Shown in pieces: positions 1 to 12,959 of a DNA stretch of 64,000 bases (its first letter is position 1; each line of letters begins with the position of its first letter). This DNA comes from Octopus bimaculoides (lineage: Eukaryota): contig NC_068988.1 in the NCBI RefSeq assembly GCF_001194135.2, positions 92,023,713 through 92,087,712 of the forward strand. Direction: 5' to 3'. The notes beneath the pieces were generated by a model. That model did no database searches, was not told where the DNA came from, and saw only the letters and a list, made by a program, of their open reading frames with translations. The translations under genes were made by a program, and so were the position numbers.

Positions 1-200
1 GTCTGTTCCACACTTCCTGCTTAACACATAAAAGATCAAGGTAAAATTACTACCTATTTTTCTCACAAGTTGATGCAGGTAGTTTACCTCTTTTTTTAAA
101 CCTAACACAAACTCTCAATTTTCATGCATCCTTATTTTTCCAACCATTATCTACATGGATTACCATTGAACTTTAAAAGCTCAAAGACAATATAATGTAT
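1..200 (+). mobile_element. Possible CR1/L2-type LINE 3' remnant
   Basis: Degenerate similarity, judged by eye, to the CR1-like 3' ends at 40.3-41.0 kb and 43.65-43.80 kb; no intact ORF. Confidence 0.25.
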
Positions 201-591
201 TGGTATATTTATTTTTTTTTTTATATTATTTTTTTCATTTTTTACTTTTTTGTAAAAAACATTTTCATTCTCCCTCTTCTTGAAAATTTCCTCACATTAT
301 TTAAATCAATTCACCATAATCTAAGTTCATTCCATGGAATGAATTTAACAGGTTACTAATATCAGATGCTAGTGTCCTTTTTAACTGCTTTGAAACTCGC
401 TGGAGAAAAGTTTGCATTTTACTTTCTTTAGTTAAAAACTGATCTTACACTAAAAGATTACAATATAATTTGAACCCATACCTTCCAAGTCTAATACATT
501 AATCAATGATGCTACTATCTAAAATAGCTATTCATAACAATGAAAACATTAAAAAAACAATCCAGAAACGTGTAGATCTAACGCGCTTCCA

Positions 592-647
592 TTACAGAGT
601 TATTTCAAATTGTGTTTTCACTGTAAAGTTCATTTCCGTTTTGCCAC
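592..647 (-). CDS. Candidate terminal coding exon of an unidentified gene
   Basis: Minus-strand acceptor atttctcttttctcag|GTGGC at 649/647; reads GKTEMNFTVKTQFEITL* (stop 592-594) or WQNGNELYSENTI* (stop 605-607). No homology recognised. Confidence 0.2.
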
Positions 648-1962
648 CTGAGAAAAGAGAAATCTCATTAATGACAGCTAGTTAAATACCTTAATTAAAT
701 CTAATACCTGCACAACTGTAAAAATAGTTGGCAAACAATTATTTAGTGTGTCTTACACAATATTTTTTCTTTTATCTTCTGCTTAATGAAGGAATCACAA
801 CATTAATTGACTGGGAAACTCGAAGTTTATTACTTTCCATTGGTCTTGTTTAAAAAAACACCATCAAATATTGAATGGGAATAAGACACATTCATTACCA
901 TCATCGTTATTTATTAACATCATTATCATTTTTTTTTAATATTTATTCTTATTATTGCTATTATTATCAAGGTGATAATGATGGTTGTGATTAGATTACT
1001 TATAAAAACAGCTTTTCATTTAGTTATTATTGATATCATTACTACCAGCAGCATCACTCTCAGAATGACAATGAGTTAATGAGCCATCAGAGTATTTACA
1101 CAAAATGTTGCAAAGAACCTAGTCCAAGCTAAATGGTCAAAGAAGTAAAAAAAAAAAAAAAAAAATGAATGGAAATCATAAACCTTAACTAAATGACGAG
1201 CAGGAACAGCCATTTTAAATGGAAGGTGCTAAATGCAGCACTATAGTAATGAGTAAACTGTTAGTAACCAATTGATTATTAATTACCAGATAACAACTGT
1301 TAGGAATAAAAAGAAATTCCTCAAGCGATTTGTAAAGAGCCTTGCAACAGATGATCACAGTTGGATAGTCAAAATGTTATATTCAGATCATTGTTGATTG
1401 TGGGGAGCAGAGTCAAGTGTGAGTGTGTGAGCCTGAGTGTGAGTGTTGATTAGCTCCAGATCAGCCCTGATCCAGTTGATGCTATGATTGTATGGTTTTA
1501 GGGAGATTTAGCTACTATTTCTAGCAGTTTGAACAGCCACCCATAATGAGGCTCGCTAATTGGTGCATGTGAGTGAGGTGAATGTATATTTAGTTTATAG
1601 CTCAACATAACTGAATCAACAATGATTTGGCAATGAGATTCGGGTTGCAGGACTACTACACACCTCATGGTCATGACTTCACGTCATAGAGCTATGTTGT
1701 TGTACTTCTGAGCAAGCTGATTACTCAGTTTAAATTACTCTGATTAAAAAGAAAAAAACCTTATTCCTTATCTGATAGTGGCTGGTATGGGTGGAGTGCA
1801 CATCAGAGTATTCAGTTTATTTGATCCAACAATAAATTAATCATCCTATACGTGAAAATATGGAAAATAGATATAAAACAACAGATAAGTGAAACTCCTT
1901 ATTGCACAGTTCAGCACCAGGTCAGTCTGGGATGACAAATACCATCTTATTCCAAAGCATAG

Positions 1963-3236
1963 TATTAAGTCATCCCATAAATAATGCAGTTTTTTTTTTC
2001 AATTGCATGAACTAAAGGTGGGGGTAAACTACCAGCATCAACTTGTTATAAAAGTAGGTAGTAATTTTACCATGATCTTTTAGTCCATGTTTTGAAGAAG
2101 TGCAGTTCGATTTTAATAGTTATTTTTTCAAAGCTATAATGGAAGTGTCAAAGGAGCATATTCAGCATATTTTGCTTTATGAGTTCAATAAAGGCAACAA
2201 CACAATGGAAAGCGCGAGGAATATCAATGCAGTACATGGGGATCGGACAATAAGACCCAATGTCAATGGTGGTTCCAGAAATTCCAAGCTGGAAACTACA
2301 GACTAGAAGACAAGCCTCGTCCTGAAAGATCTGTAGAGTTCAATGAGGACGTCCTGCAAACCTTTGTGGAACAAAATCCCATCGTAACTGTTGAGGAACT
2401 AACAGAGAAGCTTGGATTTGGTCATTCAACCATTCATCAACACCTTCGTGCCTTTGGGGAAAGTCAGCAAATTGGGTCAACAGGTTCCTCATAAACTTTC
2501 CAAGTCTAATCACATGCAGAGAGTGAACGTGTGCTCTTCTTTGCTGTCACATCTCATGAATGTGACCTTTTTTGGACTGAATAGTGACTGGTGATGACAA
2601 ATGGGTTCTCTATAAAAACGTCAACCACCAAAGACAGTGAGTAGGGAAAGAAGAAACATGGCACCTCAGGCTAAAGAAGATCTTCACCGACGTAAGATGT
2701 TATCTGTTCGGTAGGATATGTATGAAAGGTTTAGTCCACTTAGAACTTTTAAACCCAAACCAAACGATAACAAAGGAGATCAACTGTGAGCAGCTTGAGC
2801 AATTTAAGTCAGTGCTAGAAGAAAAATGACCATCTTTGGTTTCAAGACGAAAGGTGTTCTTCCATCAGGATAATGCTCGGCCACATACAGTGAGGATGAC
2901 ATTCCAAAGGCTGGAGCAGTTTGAATAGGAAACGATGCCTCACTCACCATATTTGCCAGACATTGCCCCACCTGATTATCCACAGTCTTCAAAATCATTT
3001 GGACAGAAAAACTATGAATTCTGTAGATGAGGTCAGAACAGCACTGGAGGAGTATTTTTCGTCACGGACAAGTGAATTTTGGAAGAAGGGCCATGCAAGT
3101 CTACCAAACAGATGGAAGAGCATTATAGGAAATGAAGGAGAGTATATTTTAGATGAATAAAGAAATTTGCTTATCTTAATTTTGAAAAATAAAAAAAACT
3201 ATAAAAATACTGCTCTATTTATGGGATGACTCAATA
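1963..3236 (+). mobile_element. Tc1/mariner transposon, near full length, decayed transposase
   Basis: TA-flanked TIRs (ttaagtcatcccataaataatg ... tatttatgggatgactcaa); mariner peptides KEHIQHILLYEFNKG...ESARNINAVHGDRTI, LGQQVPHKLS, HQDNARPH-like and HSPYLPDIAP-like segments; frameshifts and stops. Confidence 0.93.
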
Positions 3237-4103
3237 TATTTAGGACTGTACAAGCTATTGTACCCTTTCTTTTTTTAAGATGACAGTGCATGATCAAAGT
3301 GAAGATTTTGGTTGTTGTTTCTAGCAGGTCAAGCAGTCAAATAAAGGATCCTGCATTAAATGAAACACATTTAAATTCTTTAAAATATCTATTTATAAGC
3401 AATGCTTCCAACCAAGATGCAACGAAAATGTCCATGGGATCTATGCAAACTGAAGTAAAATTAAACCAAGACAAATTAATTTCTGAAACAATACTTGAAA
3501 AATTGAGTGATATATAATCATAAACCAGAAACCAAGATATCATATACCCTTCTCTTTTCCAATGACATTATACTTACACTTCCAGAAGTTTATACCAAAA
3601 TTGGTACAGTAAAACTAATTATAATTTGGTATAAAGGAACATAGCAGTTCTATTATTGTCATTAGTCGTTTCCTATTACTCAACATTACCTGATCAACAA
3701 AGAAGAAGAAAAAAAGGAAAGAAAAAAAAACAACAGAATGTGCACAGGTAACTTTTCTGAACTGTTTGAGAATGAAATAAAGAACTCAGCACTAGATTTT
3801 CAAGATCTTTCTAAACCAAGTGATGCTGCAATTAGTAGTCAATATTCAGTTTGAACTGTTATAGATTAGTTTTGGGAGGGAAAATATGGACAGTGTAGGG
3901 AATTCCTGGTGGATATAGGTGTGAGGAAGAAGGATTGAGGAAAAAAAATCATTAGTACAATACAAATTAGGAGTGGTTTAGGGTTAGGTGAGTATGTTGG
4001 AGGGATGCTAATATAGACTTTTGTATAAAGCTACTTCTCTTTTTACGAGTTCTTAAATGTAATTTGTTGTGTAATCCCCAAGTCAGCCTTGACCCGTCTA
4101 AAA

Positions 4104-4330
4104 TGTGGTTGTGTGGTAAGCAGCTTGCTTCCCAACCACATGGTTCTGGGTTCAGTCCCACTGCATGGTATCTTAGACAAGAGTCTTCTACTCTAGCCTT
4201 TGACCAACCAAAGCCTAGTGAGTAGATTAGGTAGACGGAAACTGGGGGTCGATTCATTTGACTAAAAATTCTTCAAGGCAGTGCCCCAGCATGGCCACAA
4301 CCTAATGACCGAAACAAGTAAAAGTTAAAA
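4104..4330 (+). mobile_element. tRNA-head SINE (family B), internally deleted copy
   Basis: A-box-like tggttgtgtgg and B-box-like ggttcagtccc; body matches copies at 47.6, 49.2 and 59.2 kb. Confidence 0.8.
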
Positions 4331-4645
4331 GACAAATGTACCCACTCATATAAGTGACAAACATTATAAGTGAAGAGTATATTTACTGGTCTATATAAAT
4401 TGAACAGCTGGTCACAGAGTACTTAACTTTAAAAAGAAAAACTAGGCTATATGTGGACACACTGATGTCAACACAGACTGTTCAGTCTAACATTGTAAGG
4501 AGTGATATGAGTGTTAGCTGATACTTTTTTTTGTCAATAAAGTAATAAGATTAAACTGCTATGATATACTCAAAAGAGTGGCAGGTGGGGTTGAGGGATG
4601 GTTTCACCAAATTAATGTTTCCTTTATCTCAGGACAATAGCTTAA

Positions 4646-4840
4646 CTCTTTAGCAATTAAACCAGCCATATCCAACCAACAAATTTTCTAGCTACTTTGT
4701 CCTTAATCTGGCCAGATCTAGCTTCTCACACCTACCTAACAGTGTCATTGTAAAAATAAACAATCACATCAGTGAAATCTCAAAGTCACAAAATAATGCA
4801 TGATTAATTGAAATCAATCTGAGTATATAAGTATTAGGTT
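4646..4840 (+). mobile_element. piggyBac-type MITE (family 1), truncated
   Basis: TTAA + ctctttagca terminus; body shared with copies at 12.7, 20.1, 44.3 and 53.9 kb. Confidence 0.65.
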
Positions 4841-6433
4841 TGACAGAGTAATACACCATAAAGTTTAATTCTTAACGTGGTATAAGGAACTCTTTATTAA
4901 AGAACAGCTGATAAAACTCAACATTCTCACATCAGTTCAAGCTAGAGAACATTAATTAATTATGCCAGGCAGCTAGAAGCAACACCGATAGTGGACTTCT
5001 ATAACATCTTAAACTATATCCACCACTTAAACAGACAATCTACATGAATTTCCTCAGTAAATCTCTGACTGGTTCTATCTACTAAGATGTGGTCTTGCAA
5101 GGTCACAGCTATCAATCGATATAATTTAATATATTGCTTTTCATTTCCATGGTTCCACGCCTGCACATTGACAACTATGGATTTGTCCTTCTGTTTTACA
5201 AGCAATATCCAGAAAAACAAACTGAAAACACCAACTAATCTCTGTGAAAAATATTAACTACAATACCACAAGATAACCACAATTATAGTTAGCTCTTTAC
5301 AGTCACAGGAACTATTAATAGTTTAACATTTAGTAATCAACAATGTTAATTTTAGTGTTAACTTCGAAAGTTGTTGTTTAGCAACAGCTTGATTCTGATT
5401 GAACAGAGACCCATGATTAAAGGTGTTACACAGGTAACAATCCTGTCATCTTTAAGAGTATCTAGGTCAACATTCACGCAATGTGTTGTTTCCTTACTGT
5501 GAAAATAGTCAGGTGTGAGTTAGAAGATTTGGCTACTATTTCTGGTTGTTTGAAAAACTAGTCTCTCTGTAACTTAACACTAAAAGCAATAGCAACTAAC
5601 AAATATGTATAACTATAATTAACACACACAGTTAATACAACAGTAAGTGAAACAACAAATATGTTTTGTAAAGGGCATCTGATCTTATGTCTGACATCAT
5701 GAAATTAATGCTTCAATGAACTGGAATTACAAATCTTTATCAAATTTAAATCATCTTTTCCTACTCTTCCACCACAACCACCATCATAAACAAACACTAC
5801 CCTTTTCTGAACTGCTTTAATATATTGCTTTTCATTATTGTCACAATGTTTCAACATAACTATATTCCATGTTCCAACAGGTCCCAACTTAAGAATGAAA
5901 ATAAGAAATTGAAGAAATACTTGGAAGAAATGTTTACTGTTTATCAATTTGCCCAAATCTGCTGTCTATAACACTACAATCAGTGCTAATAGGCCCAAGC
6001 CACTACTAGCCCTCGCTTCTTTCGAAGCCAATCTTTCCTCCATGAAACTAGTTATTAAACTGCTACAACAAACCACAATAAGAATTAGTGTATCCTGTAA
6101 TTAGCCTCAGAACCTCATGTCTAGCCTCACCTTTTGTAAAAAAAAAAAAAAAAAGTTATGTTTTTCATATACTTAGTGTCAGGAATTCAGAGATGAGGGC
6201 ATCTTTAAAATGAAAAATGTCCTAAATCCTTATCTAAACAGCTAAATGTTTATATAATGCCTTGTAGTGTGTTCAAGTGACCTAGGTTCAGATTATGTCA
6301 GTGTAACCCAAGCACTAGAGAGAAGCAGAGCAGACAGAAAGTAGTTTTAGACTGACTACAGTAGAAACCTTAATCTTCGACTTCCACAGAATCTGGCCAC
6401 AGACAGTAATATATATATATATATATATATATA

Positions 6434-6496
6434 NNNNNNNNNNNNNNNNNNNNNNNNNNNNNNNNNNNNNNNNNNNNNNNNNNNNNNNNNNNNNNN
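6434..6496. other. Assembly gap inside a (TA)n tract
   Basis: Run of N flanked by (TA)n. Confidence 1.
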
Positions 6497-7739
6497 ATAT
6501 ATATATGAAGTGATTAGAGATTTACTGATAGCAGAATATAGCTGTTAAAACTAGTTCAAACCAGATGACTGGTAGGGTGATGTCACTGCTATATAATGTA
6601 TGTAAATACAACACACTTTATAGACAATACAGGGAAATGGAGAAAAAAGTCAAGCAAAACTTTAATTTTATTTTATATTATTTTTTCTATTTCTTTGCTA
6701 AACTAACAACAATGATAATAATAACAACAACAACAATTAATCACCAAAATGACAGTGGCAAATACAGCCTATGGCCACAGTTTTACTAATTATCCTCCCT
6801 CCAGTATATAGTAGATCTTTTCATCCTATTTTGGGTAATCTTATTTCAAAGAACTTCCCACCATCCAAATTCAACATTCTAAGGACATACAAAATGGAAA
6901 GATAGATAATAGAGGATGGTGATAAACAGGAAAACCATACTGAGATAGATATACAAAAAGATAGGAAGGAAAAAGACAGACAGACAGACAGACAAGGTCC
7001 TTCGTGTAACAGAAAATTACAGTTGTAAAAAAGTTGCTGGGATTAGAATCTAGATGGGAGAGGAGCCATGATGGGTCAAAGTTCAACACTGGTATTGTGC
7101 TGCATCTGAGACAAAAGGCATTTAACTCTCAACAGTATTACATACATACCTACATACAGGTACACTCTGTACTTCTAAGTACAATGGAGTATTAGTGATG
7201 AAGTACAGTGGGAGCTGGTGAAAAGACCTTAGTAACTGACTGTTTAGTTAGTAGCCAGCAGTGGGTGGTAAGTTCACATTCTCCCATGGATAAACCTGCA
7301 ATAGACTGGTATCATGTGCAAGAGAGATATCTCTCAGTAGAACAGCACAGCATCTTCAAAAACTGAGATAAACTTCCTGTAACATTGGTAAATAAATGAA
7401 AGGAGAGAAAGATAATGTTGTAGGTTCATAATCCAATAGAAGTAGCTCATTTTGTTTTTATTTTCTGTAAACTATTCATATAATTTTTGCAAGCTGCAAA
7501 CATTGAGAGAATCCCAAGATGAGAAACAGGAAGAAAACTATAGAACAAGTAACAAGAATGGTAAGACAACATTTGTTTAAAAGACCATAGTAAACTTTAT
7601 ACTTACATATGCTATACCATTTACACCTGAATTTACAAAACCCTGAAAGGAGGAAAAAAAAAGAGAACTCAATCAATAAGATTAAAACATAATTCACCAA
7701 AAATGTAATAATAATAACAGTTAACAATAATAATAATTT

Positions 7740-8330
7740 CTAACACATGCACAAGGCTTCAAATTAGGGGGGAAAGCAATTAGTTACATCAACTGCAGTA
7801 TTTAACTGGTACTATATTTTATTGACCCCTCCAGAAAGATGAAAGGTAAGGTTGATCTCAGCAGGATTCAAACTCATTATATAAAGAGCCAGAACAAATA
7901 CCACAAGGCATTTTGTCCAATGCTCTAATGATTTTGACTTTCAAATTTAGTGATAATTGGGGGGGGGGGGTTATGGACAAAAGGCAATATATACTATCAT
8001 CATAGTTAAAAGAAAAGTTTAAAGTTTCCTGGTTTTTATGGTGTATATATTCTCCACCTGGACAGGATGCTGGTCCGTTGCAGGATTATTCGTTTTTGCT
8101 AGCTGAGTGGACTGGAGCAATATTGTTTTCTACTCTAGGCACAAGGCCCAAAATTTTTTTTTTTTGCCCAGTCAATTAGATTGGCCCCAGTACACAACTG
8201 GTAGTTAATTTATCAACCCTGAAAGGATGAAAGGCAAAGTTGACCTCAGCAGAATTTGAACTCAGAATGTAAAAACAGATGAAATACTGCTAACGCCCGG
8301 CATGCTAACGTTTCTGCTAGCTCACTGCCT
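7740..8330 (-). mobile_element. Two SINE family C copies plus a family D fragment
   Basis: Repeated core gaaaggcaaagttgacctcagcagaatttgaactcagaa, also at 14.1, 17.5, 34.8, 36.7 and 40.2 kb. Confidence 0.75.
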
Positions 8331-10149
8331 TGGACTGGAGCAACATTAAATGAAATGTTCTGCTCAAGAACAGAATGTGTCACCCGGTCCAGGAATAACT
8401 TCAAAAGAAATGGCCACGTTTATCAGCTTTAGCTTTCACCCTCTCATGACCAAGCAATATATAATCACTATTATGGTTATTGTTCTTACAACTCTCTAAT
8501 CAGCAAAGAATACAACTATGGCCAATTCAGCAGAGATACCCTTCTTATAGTTTATACAATGGCTATGGTTTTGCATAGTCACAACCACCTGGCTGTAACT
8601 AGTGAAAGAGTGATGGTAGAAATTTTTTCAGTGTCCTCAAAGTAATCATTTAAGAATTGCAGTTTAAGAAGTTTACTTCACAACTACATGGTTTGCAACT
8701 AGACCCCACTGTATACTACTTTGTGAACATATTGTGTGTATATGTGTTTCTCTTTATGCATCTTTGCATTGATAACCACTTGAACAGCAATGATAACCCC
8801 ATAAACAGAAAGTCCAGTAGTTCAATGGTTCAGAGTGTAAAGACATGAAATATAGCAGCCTGGGGATCCATCCAGAGAATGATACATCAAGAAACCTTGA
8901 CCAACCCTTGTCAGCATGGAAAACAAAAAGACATAAAAACGATGATCATGGTAATGATGATGATACAAGGAACACATGGAAGATTTTTTTGTTAGCTTGA
9001 GATTAATCATATTGTTTACAATTAATCCTTAGTAACATAACTGAAATATTTTCAATCTCCATTTTCATTCTTGTCTCACATCTTAATGTTTCTAATGCAA
9101 GACTTGACATCTAAAACAACTTCTCTCACAATCAAAACAAACTATTAATTATCAAGATCAATAATCAATATAAGGTTTTTTTATGTATGTACATTTATTA
9201 ATATTTACATATAAACATAATGCACGCATACATTAAATCATATACAAAACACATATATTCGTTCACACTGCGTGTGTGCACGCACATGAGTGTGGGAGAG
9301 GGGAGAGAGAGAATGATGTAATTAAAGAAATTTAATTTCTGTGTGCATTTCCTTCCAATTTTACAGAACATGTACACAAACAAATCTGACACAACAAATT
9401 TGCCCTGAAAAAGAAGCCTAGGGACGAAACACAGTAACAAATCCTACTTATTGCCATAGTAGAAGTGTTCCTGCTAAACATTCAAATTTGTGTGCATGTG
9501 CATCATACAAACACAGATATACATACACCTACGCAAGATAGCAGAGGCTTGTGCACTCACACTTATATAAACATACATACACAAGGACACTGTACTAAAA
9601 AATAAATTGTAATACAGTGTGAAAATTGACAGTATCTTAAGTAGCAATTTGGGGTTTTTGTGTTGACAGAACAGCATGTGCGCGCACACACTGGTTAAGA
9701 CATAGTTGCATATATTTATAGACAATCATACTGCAACATACACACTCAGCAGCAATATAAAGAAATGTTTCATTGTACTTGTTCTTCATTCAAAAAAAAA
9801 AAAGATACATTTCAACCACTGATAAAGAACTACAAGGTAATTGACCAATGTGAGATATATGAAACAGACCACATATGGCCAAACAGACCAACTTGGAGGT
9901 AAATCTTATAATCTTTAATTTTGATTCATCTTGTCTCTGAGTTGAAATGATTAGCTGATCAAAGGAATACTTTTGCATTTGTTCATGTGAGAGAAAAAAA
10001 CAGAAATCCCTGAATACACAAGCTAAATAGACTTTATTCTATCAGATAATGGAATAAACAGTGGTCATGAATATATGCAACCATTCCATAATGAAGAATG
10101 TACTATGTAAGCATCATAGTAAAAGGGACCCAGAGTTAAAAGACCATCT

Positions 10150-10620
10150 GAAGAAGAAACTGTTTTGAAGCCGAAAGATCCCTTGGTTAAAAAAACGTAG
10201 ATGTTGACACATGCTGAAGAGGAGAAAGAGACCCTATAATATAGAAGACAACTGAGTTTCTACGAGACAATCTATGCAGTACACAAGAGTTATAAAAACT
10301 AAGAGATGGGTCTGAAAAGAAGGGAAGGTAGAGTGCAAGGAATGATATGAAGGGGCTAGAAGCGAATTTAGATGTCAGGTATACTTAACAAAGAGAGAAA
10401 TGGAAAAGGATTTGATAAGGATTCTGCACCAGGAGGCTTACAGATGTTGAATGTCCTGGATTGCAAAGCAATGAGCCAGTGTAAATCAGGGAGTTCTAAG
10501 TAGGAAAGTGATTATAGTGATACCCTCACCCTCTGTGGTGTGAAGAGAGAAGCATAAAAATGTTACTGCAAGAGGTTGCGAAGTGTGGAGAATATGTGAC
10601 AAAGGGAAGAATCTCAAGTA
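10150..10620 (-). mobile_element. Decayed L2/CR1-like LINE C-terminal remnant
   Basis: Minus strand gives LPDLHWL-like sequence typical of L2/CR1 ORF2 C-termini; heavily degenerate. Confidence 0.35.
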
Positions 10621-10859
10621 CGAAGACCCAACAGAGTGACCAGCTACCAAAACTGACAAATAGGCATTAAGTATATGAAACCAGGGAAAGTAGCCAGACC
10701 ATTAGAGTCATTGTGATGCTTGAAATATACAGAAAAGTAGGTTAGTATAGGAGGGGGTCATTCCCAGTGACTATCATAGCAGTATAATTATGAACTGCAA
10801 CCTGAGAAAAGGAGATACCCTAGAAAGGAATTATTACAGAGATATCAAACTAATCATGA

Positions 10860-11050
10860 AAGTAACACAAAGAATCGTAGTAAAACAAATTAGGAAGAAA
10901 ATTACTGCAGATGAGACGCATTTGGGTTTGTACCAAAATGGTGAACCACTGATGCTCTTTTTCTTGTGACACAACTTGAAAAGTTCTTCAAAACAGGCAA
11001 ATTATTACACTAGCATTCACCGAGTTGAAGAAGACTTATGAGAATACTTT
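10860..11050 (+). mobile_element. RTE-clade LINE reverse transcriptase remnant
   Basis: Degenerate DE.QFGF.P..TTDA.F...QL.EK...AF..LKK.Y pattern across frameshifts. Confidence 0.55.
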
Positions 11051-11589
11051 GCTTTGTAGACTTTGTAAACCGAGGTGGAAATGACTGGCTTGTGAGAATC
11101 ATTTACACAGTTGCTGTCAACAAAACGAAAAGTGGCAATGAACTCAGTGAGAAATTTGTGTGAAGATAGGCGCCTATCAGGAATCAGTCCCCAGCCAACT
11201 CTCTTTTACTCTACTTTTCCAGACCATACTGGCTACCCTGCCTATATCCTGGTTCTCACAGCTGAAACTTGAGCAGAAATTCTAATTGTGGAAGCAAAAC
11301 CTAGAATCTAAACATTTAAAAGTAAACCTAGTAAAGACAGAAGTTTTAGCTAGCAGGAAAACAAGACTAACTGCTATCTGATAAGTGACCATGCTCAACA
11401 TGAAAACAGGGAATAGGTAGTAATTCTATGTAATAGACCCAAAATAAACTATAGGTGCACAAGGTGCATGGAATTACTAGCAGGCTAAGTAAAAAGGATT
11501 TTGTGCATAGCAGATGCACAGGAGTAGTTAGCAGTTAAATCAGCTATGAAATAAATTCTTTCAAATATTGAGAGAACTTTTTAGAAATA

Positions 11590-12090
11590 GTTGATAGCTT
11601 CCATTACTTAGGTAAATTAATAGGCAATAGAGGTGGGTGTTCAGAAGCCATTGTAGAGAGAATAAGAATATAGTGGACAAAGTTTAAATCAATACTTTTT
11701 CTGCTAGCAAGAAGATTCACTTTCTCTTTCTGTGTGAAGACCATACTGTCCAAAACTTGCATATGAAGTGCCATGTTGTATGGTAGAGAAACATAAGCAT
11801 TAAAAACAGAGAACATAAAGCTGGAAAACAAAAATGGGACAAGAATGTTCCTCTGGATGTATAATGTTAGTGTGCAAGAATGACTGAGCAGAAAAAAACT
11901 GAAGAGAAACTAGATATGTGCAAGAGAGGAGATTGGATTGGTAATAACACTTGAAGAAAGAAGAGCAAATAAATCCAAGTGAAAGACCAAGAAAGATACA
12001 AGAAGTGGTGTAAACTGATCTCAGGAAACTGGAAATGATGACAAGTGATGAGACCGTGTCCTGAAGTAGACCTGTCTGATCTAAGCAAGC
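11590..12090 (+). mobile_element. RTE-clade LINE ORF2 C-terminal remnant
   Basis: DSFHYLGKLIGNRGGCSEAIVERIRI*WTKF, AMLYGRET* and RPRK..EVV motifs; many stops. Confidence 0.75.
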
Positions 12091-12722
12091 ATGGGGGGGG
12101 GACACTTGAAATGATGATGACACATATAAATATACTGCATTTGATGGCTTATAAGATGCATCTTTTTTACCCAAAATGGCTTTAAAAATCCCCCTAGCGT
12201 CCAATGCACTCAATGTAGGCTCAAAACAGTATGTATGTTTACAAAACGTGTGCTGCCATCTATTGGTGAACAAATGCCAACGGTATGTTTATATCAAATG
12301 TGCATGCAATAAATTGCTTATAATTACTAAGTAATAACAAAGCTATACAGGTAAGTGGAGGAATTAAAACATTATTTTAGTGGTAATTTATCTTACAAAA
12401 GTATAGCCTAGGCTAGGGTGCATCCTGTGTACGTGTGCATCTTATAGGGGCCATCAAATATGGTAATCTCTTTTATTAGGTTTCATTCATTGGACTACAA
12501 TATATCGGGGTACCATCAAACCCAATACTCAATCTAATATTTATTTAAATATTTTTTTAAAAATCAAATAGCTAAGTTTTAATGTTTGTCAAAAAACAAT
12601 ACAACTCCATACACCATGTTCACTGATATACAAAAATTCCAGTATGTGTATGTATGTATGTAAATGAATTCTTAGAGAACTAAGCATGTTTTCAAATATT
12701 TGAAATGCAATGTATACCCTAA

Positions 12723-12901
12723 CCCTTTAGCATTCAGAGTATTCTGTCAAATGTAATGTTTATTTATTTATTCACATTGTTTTGAATTAATCATGCATCA
12801 TCTTGCAGCTTTGAGATTTTCATGATACGATTGCTTCTTTTTAGAAACACGCTGGTTTGAGCATAAAACAGGGAGATATGGCCGGTTTGAATGCTAAAGG
12901 G
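12723..12901 (+). mobile_element. piggyBac-type MITE (family 1)
   Basis: Termini ccctttagcattc ... gaatgctaaaggg followed by TTAA; the CCC...GGG/TTAA signature is piggyBac-like. Confidence 0.8.
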
Positions 12902-12959
12902 TTAAATATAATTTACCCCCTCAATGTGAAAAATAAATTAAGTAGTTGTACCAACTCCT

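Noticed and set aside
3290-3543. Opposing 75-aa and 68-aa ORFs
   Set aside because: The 5' part is a common repeat end (ttctagcaggtc); no convincing splice sites or homology.
5120-5222. FVFLDIAC peptide resembling a cyclophilin N-terminus
   Set aside because: Similarity ends after six residues and the frame stops at 26 codons.
11800-12273. 157-aa minus-strand ORF
   Set aside because: Antisense to the RTE LINE remnant; no protein features.
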